Source: a virus | Lineage: Duplodnaviria > Heunggongvirae > Uroviricota > Caudoviricetes | Strand: one strand, 5' to 3' | Length of the DNA: 64,000 nt | IMG/VR virus record: IMGVR_UViG_3300035696_001272 | The notes under the pieces: generated by a model | What the model was told of the DNA's origin: nothing | The model's input: only the letters and a program-made list of their open reading frames with translations | The model's database searches: none | Shown: positions 27,221 to 36,842 of the stretch, piece by piece | Layout: each line of letters begins with the position of its first letter | Position numbering within the stretch: position 1 is the stretch's first letter | Program-made: the position numbers and the translations under genes

Positions 27221-27790
27221 ATGCCAAGACCATTAAACCCCAATGTACTTGTAATTGATGTAGAAAGCACCTGTTGGGAGCTACCCGAAATACAAGGTAA
27301 AGATGAAATCTCTGAGATTATCGAAATTGGTATTGCCGTTGTTAATATCAACGATCTCAAGATTATCAAAAATGATTCGATTATGGTTCGCCCCCAAAGA
27401 TCAAAAGTTAGCAAGTTTTGCACCAAATTGACTACCTTAACCCAAGAAATGGTTAATAAGGGAGTTTTATTCAGTGAAGCTATGAGAATTCTGAAGAAGG
27501 ATTATCAATCAGATGATAGCACTTTCGTTAGTTGGGGAGACTACGATCGCAAGATGTTTGAGAGGAACTGTCGTGACTATGAGGTCAAGTACCCCTTTGG
27601 ACCGCGCCATATGAATCTTAAAAATTCTTTCACCATGCTCCATGGGCTGGACAGAGAACCGGGCCTTGATACCGCCCTGGATTATCTTGGAATGAAACTA
27701 GAAGGCACTCATCACCGAGGGGTTGATGATGCGAAAAACATTGCTAATGTCTTTATTCATACCTTAAAGCAATTTAGGGGTATCGAGTAA
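27221..27790 (+). CDS. DEDDh 3'-5' exonuclease (DnaQ/oligoribonuclease-like)
   Basis: LVIDVESTC (Exo I DxE), FVSWGDYD (Exo II), HRGVDDAKNIANVF (Exo III H..D). Confidence 0.6.
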   Translation: MPRPLNPNVLVIDVESTCWELPEIQGKDEISEIIEIGIAVVNINDLKIIKNDSIMVRPQRSKVSKFCTKLTTLTQEMVNKGVLFSEAMRILKKDYQSDDSTFVSWGDYDRKMFERNCRDYEVKYPFGPRHMNLKNSFTMLHGLDREPGLDTALDYLGMKLEGTHHRGVDDAKNIANVFIHTLKQFRGIE

Positions 27791-27808
27791 TTTTCAGGCA
27801 TTAACTTA

Positions 27809-28156
27809 ATGGAAGCAAACAAGAATTACCAGATTACTGTTTCGCCGGAAGCGGCCAAACAGGTTAAGCTTCAGCTGGAAAAGCGAGGGACTCCAAATGC
27901 CCATCTTAGATTGGGTGTTAAGGGTGCCGGCTGTTCTGGCTATTCTTACGTTATTCAATTTGAAGATTCTGCTCCAAGAGAGAAAGACAAACTCTTTCAA
28001 ATGCATGACATCAGTGTCGTAGTAGATATTAAGAGCTTGGTTTACCTTAATGGTTGTACTTTAGATTGGGAAAAGACCTTAATACATCAGGGCTTCAAGT
28101 TCATTAATCCGAATGAGAAGTCAAAATGTGGATGCGGTCATTCTTTCTCAGTTTGA
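27809..28156 (+). CDS. HesB/IscA-family Fe-S cluster insertion protein (second copy)
   Basis: GAGCSGYSY...KCGCGHSFSV. Confidence 0.65.
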   Translation: MEANKNYQITVSPEAAKQVKLQLEKRGTPNAHLRLGVKGAGCSGYSYVIQFEDSAPREKDKLFQMHDISVVVDIKSLVYLNGCTLDWEKTLIHQGFKFINPNEKSKCGCGHSFSV

Positions 28157-28169
28157 TAAAGGAATTAAC

Positions 28170-28394
28170 ATGATTCATGGAATCTACCTACGAAGCAGGC
28201 CCAAAAACAAGTGGCACCTAGTGTCATTAGCAATGTCTCCAGAAGCAGCAAATCTTGAGATAGCAACTTTCAAAAAGCAAGCTGAACAAGAGGGTAACGA
28301 ACAAGCGGAAGTGGCTGTCCAAATTTTCGATACAGTCTTCTGGATTCCTGAGTATGTAGACGAGATTAAAGAACAAAAACCAATGTTCAATTAA
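28170..28394 (+). CDS. hypothetical protein
   Basis: AAGGAA RBS before ATG 28170. Confidence 0.35.
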   Translation: MIHGIYLRSRPKNKWHLVSLAMSPEAANLEIATFKKQAEQEGNEQAEVAVQIFDTVFWIPEYVDEIKEQKPMFN

Positions 28395-28397
28395 GCT

Positions 28398-29348
28398 ATG
28401 TTATCACAAGATTTTTACGATTACTTATTGCACTTCGAGATAAATGAAGCGTCTCCCGAAAGCCTGGCAAATTTTACCAAGCTTGTGGAGTTAAATAAAG
28501 TATTTGAATATATGTTTGAAACATATATTAATCAACGTCTGAAAGAAAATTTCCACTCTCAGTATCTGTTGAATTTGATTCGTAATCTAGAAAAATCAGA
28601 GAAGACTAGTCATCTTAGTAAGTTGGTCAATGAGCGGTTAGTGGTCTTCATGACCATAAATAGAGAGTGCTTTGATCATTTCTATTATTTATACCGTAAT
28701 GAATTCCGTAAAGAAAGAAATGTTCTTGACGCCCTGATTGAGAATTTGGGCAGAACGCCTCAATCTCGGTTTGAAGAGATGATGCAAATTATCGACTTGA
28801 TTTCTCCCAATATTGGTATCGACAAGTATTCTCTAATACTTCTAATAATGGAATCGAAGGGCCCTGGCGGTAAAGCTCGCAGGTTACTTAACAGTGTAGT
28901 TATGGGTAAGCTAGAAGTGCCCGATCGCTACATGGTTCTAGTTAGGGCTGTGGAAAAACATAGTTCCCAAGTTTATGATTTACAAAACGCCCTGGTTGCA
29001 GAGTTTAAAGTCTTTGTCTCCAATCAATTCAAAACGAACAAAGATCAGGACGTTTTAGCATTGGCTTTACAAAGATGCATGCTTCCAATTACTCAATTGT
29101 ACAATTGTACATTCTTGAATGAGGTCTTATATCATAATGCAGAAAACATTCCACATACTCTAGACTATTTATACCATAGGGCTGAGTCTGAGAATTTATG
29201 GGAATATCTTCTTCTATTAGGCGTTAATAAGAACAAAAAAGAGTTGTTACAGAGTATTGTTAAATCCAAGAGTCATCGTCTAATTGATAAATTTTTCTTA
29301 CTATACAAGAATTACCCAGAGGTAAAGCATCTTGCTCCTTTCCTATGA
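28398..29348 (+). CDS. hypothetical protein
   Basis: 316 aa; helical. Confidence 0.45.
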   Translation: MLSQDFYDYLLHFEINEASPESLANFTKLVELNKVFEYMFETYINQRLKENFHSQYLLNLIRNLEKSEKTSHLSKLVNERLVVFMTINRECFDHFYYLYRNEFRKERNVLDALIENLGRTPQSRFEEMMQIIDLISPNIGIDKYSLILLIMESKGPGGKARRLLNSVVMGKLEVPDRYMVLVRAVEKHSSQVYDLQNALVAEFKVFVSNQFKTNKDQDVLALALQRCMLPITQLYNCTFLNEVLYHNAENIPHTLDYLYHRAESENLWEYLLLLGVNKNKKELLQSIVKSKSHRLIDKFFLLYKNYPEVKHLAPFL

Positions 29349-29388
29349 GATGGCATGTTATATAGTTACATGATATCTCAAGGGAAAC

Positions 29389-30495
29389 ATGTCGAATGCT
29401 CTGAATCTCACAGAAATAGATCAAGAACAAGCTCTTAATCTTACCAAGTTTTTTATCCAATCACAACAGAATGTTTTTTTGTTTGGAAGACGAGGTGTAG
29501 GTAAGACAGACATTGCTATTCAAGCGGCCAAAGAATGTGGATATAAAATCAATTATATTAATCTAAGTGTAATTGAAAGGCCTGATTTGGCTGGCTATCC
29601 AGATATGAATACGGAAAGCGATATCATTAATTATAAATCGCCCCACTTCTTACCAAAGCTTCTACCTGATTCTAAACCAGACAGTATTATTCTGTTTGAT
29701 GAAGTGGATAAAGTTCAAGCAGAAGTAACCGCTCCCCTATTAGAGATTCTATTGTTCAAGAAGATCAATGGTATACCCATCAATGCTGCTGCCTGTATTT
29801 TAACCGGCAACTTGATGAATGAAGGCGCTTACTCCAATGAGCTTAGTTCAGCCTTGTTAGATCGAGGCGCTAAGTACATTTTGACATTCAATTTTGAAAA
29901 GTGGGTGGATTGGGCCAAGGCACATAACGTGCATGATCTTATTCTCGGTTTTTTGCGCAGCGATCCAGATTTTGCTTGTGGAAAAGTAGAAGAATCTGTT
30001 TACGCTTCGCCATCACCTAGAAGTTGGACATGGGCATCACAAGCTTTGTTGAAGGCCAAGGAACTCAAAATAGGCGATATAGATTCGGTCACCCAAATCA
30101 TCTCCGGTTATGTCGGATTTGAAGCGGCCCTAAGGTTCAAAATTTGGTATGAGTATTTTCGTAAGTTTGAGCCTTTCGTTCATTCACTAATTGAACGTGG
30201 CGAAATGTCTCTCGATTTCAGTAGCTTAGCACCTACTGAGAAAGTTGTCTTCGTAGTATCTGCTTGTTATTATGCAAAACAGAAAGTCTTTTCTGTGAAA
30301 TCTAAGAATAGATTTGTATATCTAGAGCACTTATGTAACTTTTTCAACCAATACAAAGTAGAAGCTGAAGTTCAGGTCATGGGGTTACATAACTCTTTTG
30401 ATTTTGACATGATCAGGGCGCACAAGCTATACACTTGTCAGCCATTTTTTGATCACTTTACTAAGTTGAGTGAGAACGTTACATTCAAGAAGTGA
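29389..30495 (+). CDS. MoxR-like AAA+ ATPase (paralog of 19903..21030, no adjacent VWA partner)
   Basis: FGRRGVGKTD, ILFDEVDKV, LTGN; same domain order as the first copy. Confidence 0.6.
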   Translation: MSNALNLTEIDQEQALNLTKFFIQSQQNVFLFGRRGVGKTDIAIQAAKECGYKINYINLSVIERPDLAGYPDMNTESDIINYKSPHFLPKLLPDSKPDSIILFDEVDKVQAEVTAPLLEILLFKKINGIPINAAACILTGNLMNEGAYSNELSSALLDRGAKYILTFNFEKWVDWAKAHNVHDLILGFLRSDPDFACGKVEESVYASPSPRSWTWASQALLKAKELKIGDIDSVTQIISGYVGFEAALRFKIWYEYFRKFEPFVHSLIERGEMSLDFSSLAPTEKVVFVVSACYYAKQKVFSVKSKNRFVYLEHLCNFFNQYKVEAEVQVMGLHNSFDFDMIRAHKLYTCQPFFDHFTKLSENVTFKK

Positions 30496-30502
30496 TGACG
30501 CA

Positions 30503-30531
30503 CCCTTGACATCCTATTTATAGGATTTAAG
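30503..30531 (+). promoter_or_regulatory. conserved promoter-like motif CCCTTGACATCCTATTTATAGGATTTAAG (copy 1)
   Basis: 26 of 29 nt identical to 36806-36834; contains TTGACA, a 16 nt spacer and TAAGCT; 14 nt before the trx ATG. Confidence 0.45.
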
Positions 30532-30545
30532 CTCTAAAGCGAGGC

Positions 30546-30878
30546 ATGATGAGTGAAGTAGTACATGTAGATGATAATAATTTTGAAGCCGAAGTTCTCA
30601 ATTCCAAAGTACCAGTTTTGGTAGATTTTAGCGCAACTTGGTGTGGACCTTGTCAAAGACAAATGCCACTATTAGAAAAGTTCGCCATTGAAAATGGTGA
30701 ACGTGTGAAAGTCGTTAAAGTGGATATTGATGATGCTCCAGTGATTACCGCCAAATTAGGCGTAAGAGGAGTACCAACACTAATGTTGTTCAATGGAGGA
30801 AGTTCATTGGGCTCCAAGGTTGGCTTAACAAGCTTAGCTGAGATGAATAACTTCTTCTTGACTAAGATTACTGGCTAA
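30546..30878 (+). CDS. trxA: thioredoxin
   Basis: WCGPCQ active site; 110 aa. Confidence 0.85.
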   Translation: MMSEVVHVDDNNFEAEVLNSKVPVLVDFSATWCGPCQRQMPLLEKFAIENGERVKVVKVDIDDAPVITAKLGVRGVPTLMLFNGGSSLGSKVGLTSLAEMNNFFLTKITG

Positions 30879-30904
30879 GTTACGTTTTAACAATTTAATA
30901 TTGA

Positions 30905-30937
30905 AAAAGGGCCGGCGTTTGCTGGCCTTTAGCTTTT
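30905..30937 (+). terminator. rho-independent terminator
   Basis: AAAGGGCCGGC-GTTT-GCTGGCCTTT hairpin, then a T-rich run. Confidence 0.55.
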
Positions 30938-30944
30938 TGATCAA

Positions 30945-31136
30945 ATGAATATTTATATCGCATCCCTCTATCTAAAAGAGGGTATTAAAGTTCGTCGCCA
31001 AGGCTGGAACCAAATCAAAGGTTGGGAACAAATCAAATATCTCAGCTTGGATAACATCCAGTTTATCAAATTATCACTAGATGATTTGATAGCAACCGAT
31101 TGGGAACTTGTTACAGAGGACAATCATGTGGTTTGA
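30945..31136 (+). CDS. hypothetical protein
   Basis: 63 aa. Confidence 0.3.
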   Translation: MNIYIASLYLKEGIKVRRQGWNQIKGWEQIKYLSLDNIQFIKLSLDDLIATDWELVTEDNHVV

Positions 31137-31383
31137 AGATTTAATGCTATTGGTATTGTTGGCTAGCGGAATTTTCCTTATTGGAATTCCAGCTTTCAAG
31201 TTCGCAAAACTAGTTATACCTCGCAAGAGAGACGCTTTAGCGGAAGCTAAGGAAAGACTTGAGCGGGCTCGTATAGATTTGGAAGCCGCTAAGGTAAACA
31301 AAGAAGCCGATAAGCTTTACGAAGATTTGTATGAAGAGGCTCTCCAAGATGAAGAGCAAATCCAACAGGAGAAACATAAATGA
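31108..31383 (+). CDS. small membrane protein with coiled-coil tail
   Basis: LMLLVLLASGIFLIGIPAF TM segment. Confidence 0.35.
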   Translation: MLQRTIMWFEDLMLLVLLASGIFLIGIPAFKFAKLVIPRKRDALAEAKERLERARIDLEAAKVNKEADKLYEDLYEEALQDEEQIQQEKHK

Positions 31384-32624
31384 GTAAGACAGAAGAAAAT
31401 TCCCTGACCGCCTTGATTATCAAGATTGGTCTTGGATTGGTTGTGTTAATAGTTGGCGTTATCCTTATTGCCAACATGGTTACTACAGTCGGTGCCGATG
31501 AAATTGTCATTAAGCAGGACTTAGTGGGTGGCCAGCTGCATGTGTGGGACACATCTGGTGTTCACTGGCAGAACTTTGGTACCGTCACTCGTTACAAGAG
31601 AAGTGCTCAGCTTTGGTTTAGTGCCAAGGAAGACGAGGGCAAGAAGACCGATGACTCCATCAAGGTGAGGTTTAACGATGGTGGTCACGGTAACATCAGC
31701 GGTTCGTTGCGTTACACCCTTCCAGTTGATCCTAACAAGATGATTGCTCTGCATCAAACTTATCATTCCATGGAAGCTATCGACCATGAATTGGTTCGCC
31801 AAGTGGTCAACAAGAGCGTCTTTATGAGCGGTCCTCTGATGAGTTCTCGTGAGTCTTATGCTGAGAAGCGAGCCGATCTCATCAATTACATCACTGACCA
31901 AATCGTTTATGGTGTCTATCGCACAGAGCATGATCAAGCCAAGACTATTGATCCTATTACTGGACAAGAGAAGGTGATTGAGACCGTCAAGCCCAAGCAG
32001 AAGGTTGGAGCACCCAACGGTATCGAGCGTGAAGAGGAAAGCCCAATTCAACGTTTTGGTATGAATGCATCGAACATTACCATCAATGGTATTGAGTACG
32101 ATCCTGAAGTAGAGAAACAGATTCAGCAACAGCAACAGGCTACCATGGCAGTCCAACAGGCTATCGTGAACGCCAAGAAGGCTGAACAAGACACTCTGAC
32201 TGTGGAACAACAAGGTAAGGCTGCTGCGGCTAAGGCCAAGTGGGACCAGGAAGTTCAAAAGGCTACAGCTGTGACCGCTGCTGAGCAAGAGAAGGCAGTT
32301 GCTGTGACTAAGGCTGAGAAGGACAAAGAAGTTGCTCAACTCAGTTTGGATACAGCCAAGCTAGCTGCTCAACAGACCATTACGGAAGCCAAGGCTGAAG
32401 CAGATGCTAAGAAACTACAAGTTCAGGCTAACAACAACTTGCAAGATAGATTGGCAGCATATGTGGACGTTCAGAAGGCATGGGCAGCAGCTTATGGCAG
32501 CCAGCGTCAAACTCCTGATATCCTCATGAGCGGTGGTAATAGCAGTGGTGGCGTTAATCAGTCACTAGTTGATTTGATGACTGTCAAGACAGCTCGTGAC
32601 CTCAACGTTAGCCCCAAGCCATGA
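31380..32624 (+). CDS. SPFH/band-7 (prohibitin/flotillin-like) membrane protein with Ala/Gln-rich coiled coil
   Basis: ATGA overlap; N-terminal TM LIIKIGLGLVVLIVGVILIA; band-7-like core; long QQQQATMAVQQAIV...AKAEADAKK coiled coil. Confidence 0.5.
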   Translation: MSKTEENSLTALIIKIGLGLVVLIVGVILIANMVTTVGADEIVIKQDLVGGQLHVWDTSGVHWQNFGTVTRYKRSAQLWFSAKEDEGKKTDDSIKVRFNDGGHGNISGSLRYTLPVDPNKMIALHQTYHSMEAIDHELVRQVVNKSVFMSGPLMSSRESYAEKRADLINYITDQIVYGVYRTEHDQAKTIDPITGQEKVIETVKPKQKVGAPNGIEREEESPIQRFGMNASNITINGIEYDPEVEKQIQQQQQATMAVQQAIVNAKKAEQDTLTVEQQGKAAAAKAKWDQEVQKATAVTAAEQEKAVAVTKAEKDKEVAQLSLDTAKLAAQQTITEAKAEADAKKLQVQANNNLQDRLAAYVDVQKAWAAAYGSQRQTPDILMSGGNSSGGVNQSLVDLMTVKTARDLNVSPKP

Positions 32625-32992
32625 TTATCTTCCTGACCATATTGTTTAGCATTATCGTCTATATAGTAGGGGCAGGAGCAACCCATGGTTATGGGAAACA
32701 TCGATGGCCCAAACAAATGGGACATGATGGCTGGGGAAATCCAATAGATGAGAATGAATTTACTAGAGTTGCAGCCTCTTTCCTTTGGCTCTTCTATTGG
32801 ACATTTGTTTGGCCATTCACCAAAACAAATGAAGTAACATTCTCTCATATCGAAAAGCATGCTGCTTTACAGATTGCTAAAAACAAAGCTCGTGTTGCTG
32901 ACCTTCAAGCAACACGAGTCCAATTGGAGGCATCCAATGCGGAACTGGAAGCAGCTGAGGTTGAAGTAGAAAAAGAAATGTCCAAACTATGA
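32621..32992 (+). CDS. membrane protein
   Basis: Two hydrophobic segments; coiled C-terminus. Confidence 0.4.
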   Translation: MIIFLTILFSIIVYIVGAGATHGYGKHRWPKQMGHDGWGNPIDENEFTRVAASFLWLFYWTFVWPFTKTNEVTFSHIEKHAALQIAKNKARVADLQATRVQLEASNAELEAAEVEVEKEMSKL

Positions 32993-33294
32993 TGATTCTA
33001 GCTAAGCCGGAAAAACCACAAAAGAAGATAACTCAAAGACAAACTGCGACTTACAACTTTGATTGGGTTAGTAAGAAAGTTTCTTGGGATGGTTTTCTAG
33101 ATTGGGCTAAGGAAACTATTCCGGCTGGCGCTAAAGACGTTACGCTGGAACTAATAGAAGATTGGCAATATGATGATTGCATTACATATCTAGAATTATC
33201 TTGGGATGAGATAGTTACTAATCCTAATTATGATAAAGAGATGAAGAAGTACGAAAGGAAACTTGCAAAGTGGAAAAAAGAATGCCAAGAGTAA
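32989..33294 (+). CDS. hypothetical protein
   Basis: 101 aa. Confidence 0.35.
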   Translation: MMILAKPEKPQKKITQRQTATYNFDWVSKKVSWDGFLDWAKETIPAGAKDVTLELIEDWQYDDCITYLELSWDEIVTNPNYDKEMKKYERKLAKWKKECQE

Positions 33295-34217
33295 CCATGG
33301 TGATGGGCTATCCTGCTAGTGGGAAAAGCACTTTAACCAAAACGATAGTTAAGCACGGGGCCATCTCGCTTAATCGTGATACAGAAGGTGGCACTATTGC
33401 CGACCTTTTGCCAAAGATGGAAGCACTGCTCCAAGATCGCAAAGATGTAGTTCTAGACAATCTGTTTCCTACCGTTGAAGTTCGTAAACCATTTATCGAG
33501 ATGGCAGCCAAACACAAAGCTGAGATTGCTTGTATTCTTATGGATACCAGTATCGAAGACGCTCAGTTCAATGTTGTTCAGCGAGCTATTGGCTTAATTG
33601 GTAAGTTTCCAACTCCTGAAGAGATTAAAAAGGCCAAACACACCAATATTTTCCCGCCATTGGTTCTATTCAAGTATAAGAAGGATTTTCAAAAGCCAAC
33701 AACGGAAGAGGGATTCAAGTTCGTAACGACTGAAAAGTTTGTTCGTCAGGACAATCCTAACTTCACTAATAAGGCTCTCATTGTAGATTATGACGGCACT
33801 CTCAGAGAATGTATCAATGGTAACGATAAGTATCCTGTCAATAAGGATCAGATTGAGATTAAACCGAATCGTACAGAAGTTCTCAAGTCGTATAAAGACA
33901 AAGGATATATCTTGTTGGGCGCCTCCAATCAAAGCGGCATTGCCAAAGGCGAGGTTAGTGAGCAAGTTGTTACTGAATTGTTTGAGTACACCAATAAACA
34001 ATTAGGCATTGATATAGAGTACCGCTTCTGCTCTCATCAATCAGCGCCCATCAGTTGCTATTGTCGCAAACCGATGAATGGAATTGGCGTTGAATTCATA
34101 CTGAAACACAAACTAGATCGCAAACAGTGTATTATGGTTGGCGACATGACAACTGACAAGACGTTTGCTACTCGCTGCGGCTTCCAGTATGTTGATCAAG
34201 CGGAGTTCTTTAAATGA
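33282..34217 (+). CDS. polynucleotide 5'-kinase / 3'-phosphatase (T4 Pnk-like), copy 1
   Basis: P-loop MGYPASGKSTL; C-terminal HAD phosphatase LIVDYDGTL...GDMTTDK. The start is ambiguous (GTG 33270, ATG 33282 or 33297). Confidence 0.7.
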   Translation: MPRVTMVMGYPASGKSTLTKTIVKHGAISLNRDTEGGTIADLLPKMEALLQDRKDVVLDNLFPTVEVRKPFIEMAAKHKAEIACILMDTSIEDAQFNVVQRAIGLIGKFPTPEEIKKAKHTNIFPPLVLFKYKKDFQKPTTEEGFKFVTTEKFVRQDNPNFTNKALIVDYDGTLRECINGNDKYPVNKDQIEIKPNRTEVLKSYKDKGYILLGASNQSGIAKGEVSEQVVTELFEYTNKQLGIDIEYRFCSHQSAPISCYCRKPMNGIGVEFILKHKLDRKQCIMVGDMTTDKTFATRCGFQYVDQAEFFK

Positions 34218-34483
34218 AAGAATCAATTAAGACAGAGTGTGGCTCTTGTGGTGGCACCGGTATTTATTGTGGCTTTGCGGAGCCAGAGGGTACTGGTGTA
34301 ATTTGTTTTAACTGTGACGGCAGTGGTTGTCGAATCATTGAGTACGTTCCCTTTACTAGCCGAAAGGAACGTAGGAATGTCAGCAAAGTGATGCGCTCTC
34401 GTGGCACATTTATTGGAACGGGTGTGGGGCCGGTGGGCGACTACATAACTTATGAAGATTTTCTAAAGGGTAAGAAGCCATGA
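34214..34483 (+). CDS. zinc-ribbon protein
   Basis: CGSCGGTG...CFNCDGSGC. Confidence 0.35.
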   Translation: MKESIKTECGSCGGTGIYCGFAEPEGTGVICFNCDGSGCRIIEYVPFTSRKERRNVSKVMRSRGTFIGTGVGPVGDYITYEDFLKGKKP

Positions 34484-34782
34484 AGGAATATGAATTACTT
34501 ATGAAGTTCGATGAGCATGAGGGCGAAGATATAGCTGATGCGGTATATGCCATTCATCAAGTTGTCTCAAATAGGCAGGGAGAGATTTTAGACGTTGCAG
34601 TTTGTCGAGCCAAGATGAGCATGATCTTTGACTACATTGAAGTAAAGAAAAGATTCGACAAATTGCGCATTGAAATTAACGACGACCTATCGTTTGACAA
34701 AAAAGGATTCAAAGTTGTTAATACCAAATTCCAAACTTTAGATGAAGTGGAAAAGGCAATTAGAAACAAGGCGTTTTTATAA
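34480..34782 (+). CDS. hypothetical protein
   Basis: 100 aa. Confidence 0.35.
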   Translation: MKEYELLMKFDEHEGEDIADAVYAIHQVVSNRQGEILDVAVCRAKMSMIFDYIEVKKRFDKLRIEINDDLSFDKKGFKVVNTKFQTLDEVEKAIRNKAFL

Positions 34783-34803
34783 AAGTTTTAATGAGGTAAT
34801 GTT

Positions 34804-35799
34804 ATGATTAAGGTAGAGATGTTAGTCGGTATTCCCGGTTCAGGTAAATCCACGTATGCCAAGCAGGTGGTTGCCAAGGATCCATCCAACTATGTTCGAA
34901 TCAACAACGATGATTTACGAGCAATGATGAACGGCTCCGTTTGGTCTGCCGATTATGAGAAGATGATTACGGATGCCCGCAACTACCTAATCCGAGACGC
35001 CCTTAAGCGAGGCAAGAACGTCATCATTGACAACTTGAACCTCAACCGTCGTCACTTCGATGATGTGTGTAAGATTGCCAAGTCTGTCAACACAGACGTT
35101 CAAGTCTTTGAGAAGGCTTTCTATATCGAATTGGAAGATGCTCTAGAGCGTAACTCCAAGCGTGAAGGTGCGGCTCGTGTACCTGATGACGTTGTCAAGA
35201 AGTGGTGGAAGGATTCTGGTGGTAAGCAGTTTAGGCATTATCATCCACGTGTTGAAATCTTCCAAGAGCACAAAGGCAACCTACAATCGTTGGCAGAGGC
35301 TCCTGCTAACGTTCCAGGTGCACCAGAAGCAGTTTTGTGCGACTTGGACGGTACATTAGCCCTGATTCATGGCAGAAGCCCCTACGATGCTTCCGACTGT
35401 GATATCAAGGACTTCCCAAACGTTCCTGTTATCGAAACCATTCTTGCCCACTACGCAGCTGGTCGCAAGATCATCTTCTGTTCGGGCAGGGAAGACAAAT
35501 ACCGACCAGAAACTGTTAGATTCATTGAGAAGTGGGTGACACACCCCAAATACGTTGTGAAAACTGACACTACTTTTGGGCCAGAAGGAGATATGGTTAA
35601 TAGACCTATTCCATATCAGCTTCATATGCGTAAGACTGATGACTTCCGTAAGGATGCCATCATCAAAGAAGAAATCTATAAGGAACACATTGAAGGTAAG
35701 TATAATGTGTTGCTTGTCTTAGATGACCGCGATCAAGTGGTCGAGTTTTGGAGGGGCAAGGGCTTAACTTGCTTCCAAGTCGCTTATGGCAATTTCTGA
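34804..35799 (+). CDS. polynucleotide 5'-kinase / 3'-phosphatase (T4 Pnk-like), copy 2
   Basis: P-loop VGIPGSGKST; HAD motifs LCDLDGTLA and LVLDDRD. Confidence 0.7.
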   Translation: MIKVEMLVGIPGSGKSTYAKQVVAKDPSNYVRINNDDLRAMMNGSVWSADYEKMITDARNYLIRDALKRGKNVIIDNLNLNRRHFDDVCKIAKSVNTDVQVFEKAFYIELEDALERNSKREGAARVPDDVVKKWWKDSGGKQFRHYHPRVEIFQEHKGNLQSLAEAPANVPGAPEAVLCDLDGTLALIHGRSPYDASDCDIKDFPNVPVIETILAHYAAGRKIIFCSGREDKYRPETVRFIEKWVTHPKYVVKTDTTFGPEGDMVNRPIPYQLHMRKTDDFRKDAIIKEEIYKEHIEGKYNVLLVLDDRDQVVEFWRGKGLTCFQVAYGNF

Positions 35800-36052
35800 G
35801 ATGAGTTTTTACGTAGTAGTCAGAAAGATTACCGTAGACAATACTTATCTTCCGACCTATGAGATTGCATATGAGAAACCAGCACCAGGCGTTAAGAATG
35901 CGCATCTTACGCCTGGTGACTATGTTTATGTTTCCAAATGTAGCTGGAGGCGTGAATACAACGAAGTGGTCTACGAAGTTTGGAAAGTTTCTAATGAAGA
36001 TGGTAAGCTCATCGAAGAGTTAACTGAAACTTTTACTGCGGAGAGGCAATGA
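35786..36052 (+). CDS. hypothetical protein
   Basis: 88 aa. Confidence 0.3.
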   Translation: MAISEMSFYVVVRKITVDNTYLPTYEIAYEKPAPGVKNAHLTPGDYVYVSKCSWRREYNEVVYEVWKVSNEDGKLIEELTETFTAERQ

Positions 36053-36285
36053 GGCGTCTCATCTATCTTAAAGTAACATACGGGGAAAAATCCGATGCTG
36101 CCTTCAAACAGTTCAAAGAGGATTTGAAAGGGCTAAGCTACATCAAGTTGATCAAGGAATACGCGCCTAAACCAGAAGCTTTGGTGGAGTTTCCTGACAG
36201 TAGGCTTGATGATGCATACGAGGCTCTCAGAAAATTGGATATAGTAGCCATCATCGATTCCATGCTACCAAAGGGCGAACAATGA
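36049..36285 (+). CDS. hypothetical protein
   Basis: 78 aa. Confidence 0.3.
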   Translation: MRRLIYLKVTYGEKSDAAFKQFKEDLKGLSYIKLIKEYAPKPEALVEFPDSRLDDAYEALRKLDIVAIIDSMLPKGEQ

Positions 36286-36791
36286 AAAGACCTTATATGA
36301 ATAGATTTCCAGTCCATGAGTGGGATTACGAAGAAAAAGATATTTCTGCGGTAATCTATTCATACTACGAAAAGACTCCTCGTGATGATGAATTCGAGTA
36401 CGAGGATGAGGATGAAGAATTAGACGAAAATGATGAAGAAGACACTTGGATACACAATAAAGATACCGAGGAGAAGAATTCTATTAGGAAGTTAAAACTT
36501 GAGGACATCAATCTTCAAATGTTGATAGATAATCTTCCAGAAGGTGTTCAGCCATCTGATGTTAAGATATCTATGTACATAGACTGTAGTGATATGGCTG
36601 TTGAGGGTACTAAACTATCTTTCCACTATCACAAACATCTCCCCGCCCGTCCTGAGCTTTACAAACGAGATAAAGAAGCTTTCGATAAAGAATATGCTGA
36701 GTTTCAAGAGAAATTAGCTGCTTATGAAAAGTGGGAGAAAGAGCAGCAGATAAAAGAGTTAGAAGATAAGCTGTCTAATCTGAAAAAATAA
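36282..36791 (+). CDS. hypothetical acidic (Asp/Glu-rich) protein
   Basis: EFEYEDEDEELDENDEED tract. Confidence 0.4.
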   Translation: MKRPYMNRFPVHEWDYEEKDISAVIYSYYEKTPRDDEFEYEDEDEELDENDEEDTWIHNKDTEEKNSIRKLKLEDINLQMLIDNLPEGVQPSDVKISMYIDCSDMAVEGTKLSFHYHKHLPARPELYKRDKEAFDKEYAEFQEKLAAYEKWEKEQQIKELEDKLSNLKK

Positions 36792-36805
36792 TTTTAGAAA
36801 ATAAG

Positions 36806-36834
36806 CCCTTGACCTCCTATTTATCGGAATTAAG
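36806..36834 (+). promoter_or_regulatory. conserved promoter-like motif CCCTTGACCTCCTATTTATCGGAATTAAG (copy 2)
   Basis: 26 of 29 nt identical to 30503-30531; 8 nt before ATG 36843. Confidence 0.45.
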
Positions 36835-36842
36835 ATAGGTGT

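Noticed and set aside
30496-30533. Treating the conserved motif strictly as a sigma70 promoter (TTGACA-16-TAAGCT)
   Set aside because: The implied transcription start would fall within or right at the RBS of trx (a very short leader). The element is therefore reported as a conserved promoter-like or regulatory motif rather than a confident promoter.
31521-32339. 272-aa minus-strand ORF antisense to the SPFH gene
   Set aside because: Same reasoning: it is embedded in a well-supported plus-strand gene within a uniformly plus-strand block, and is Leu/Ser-rich low-information sequence.
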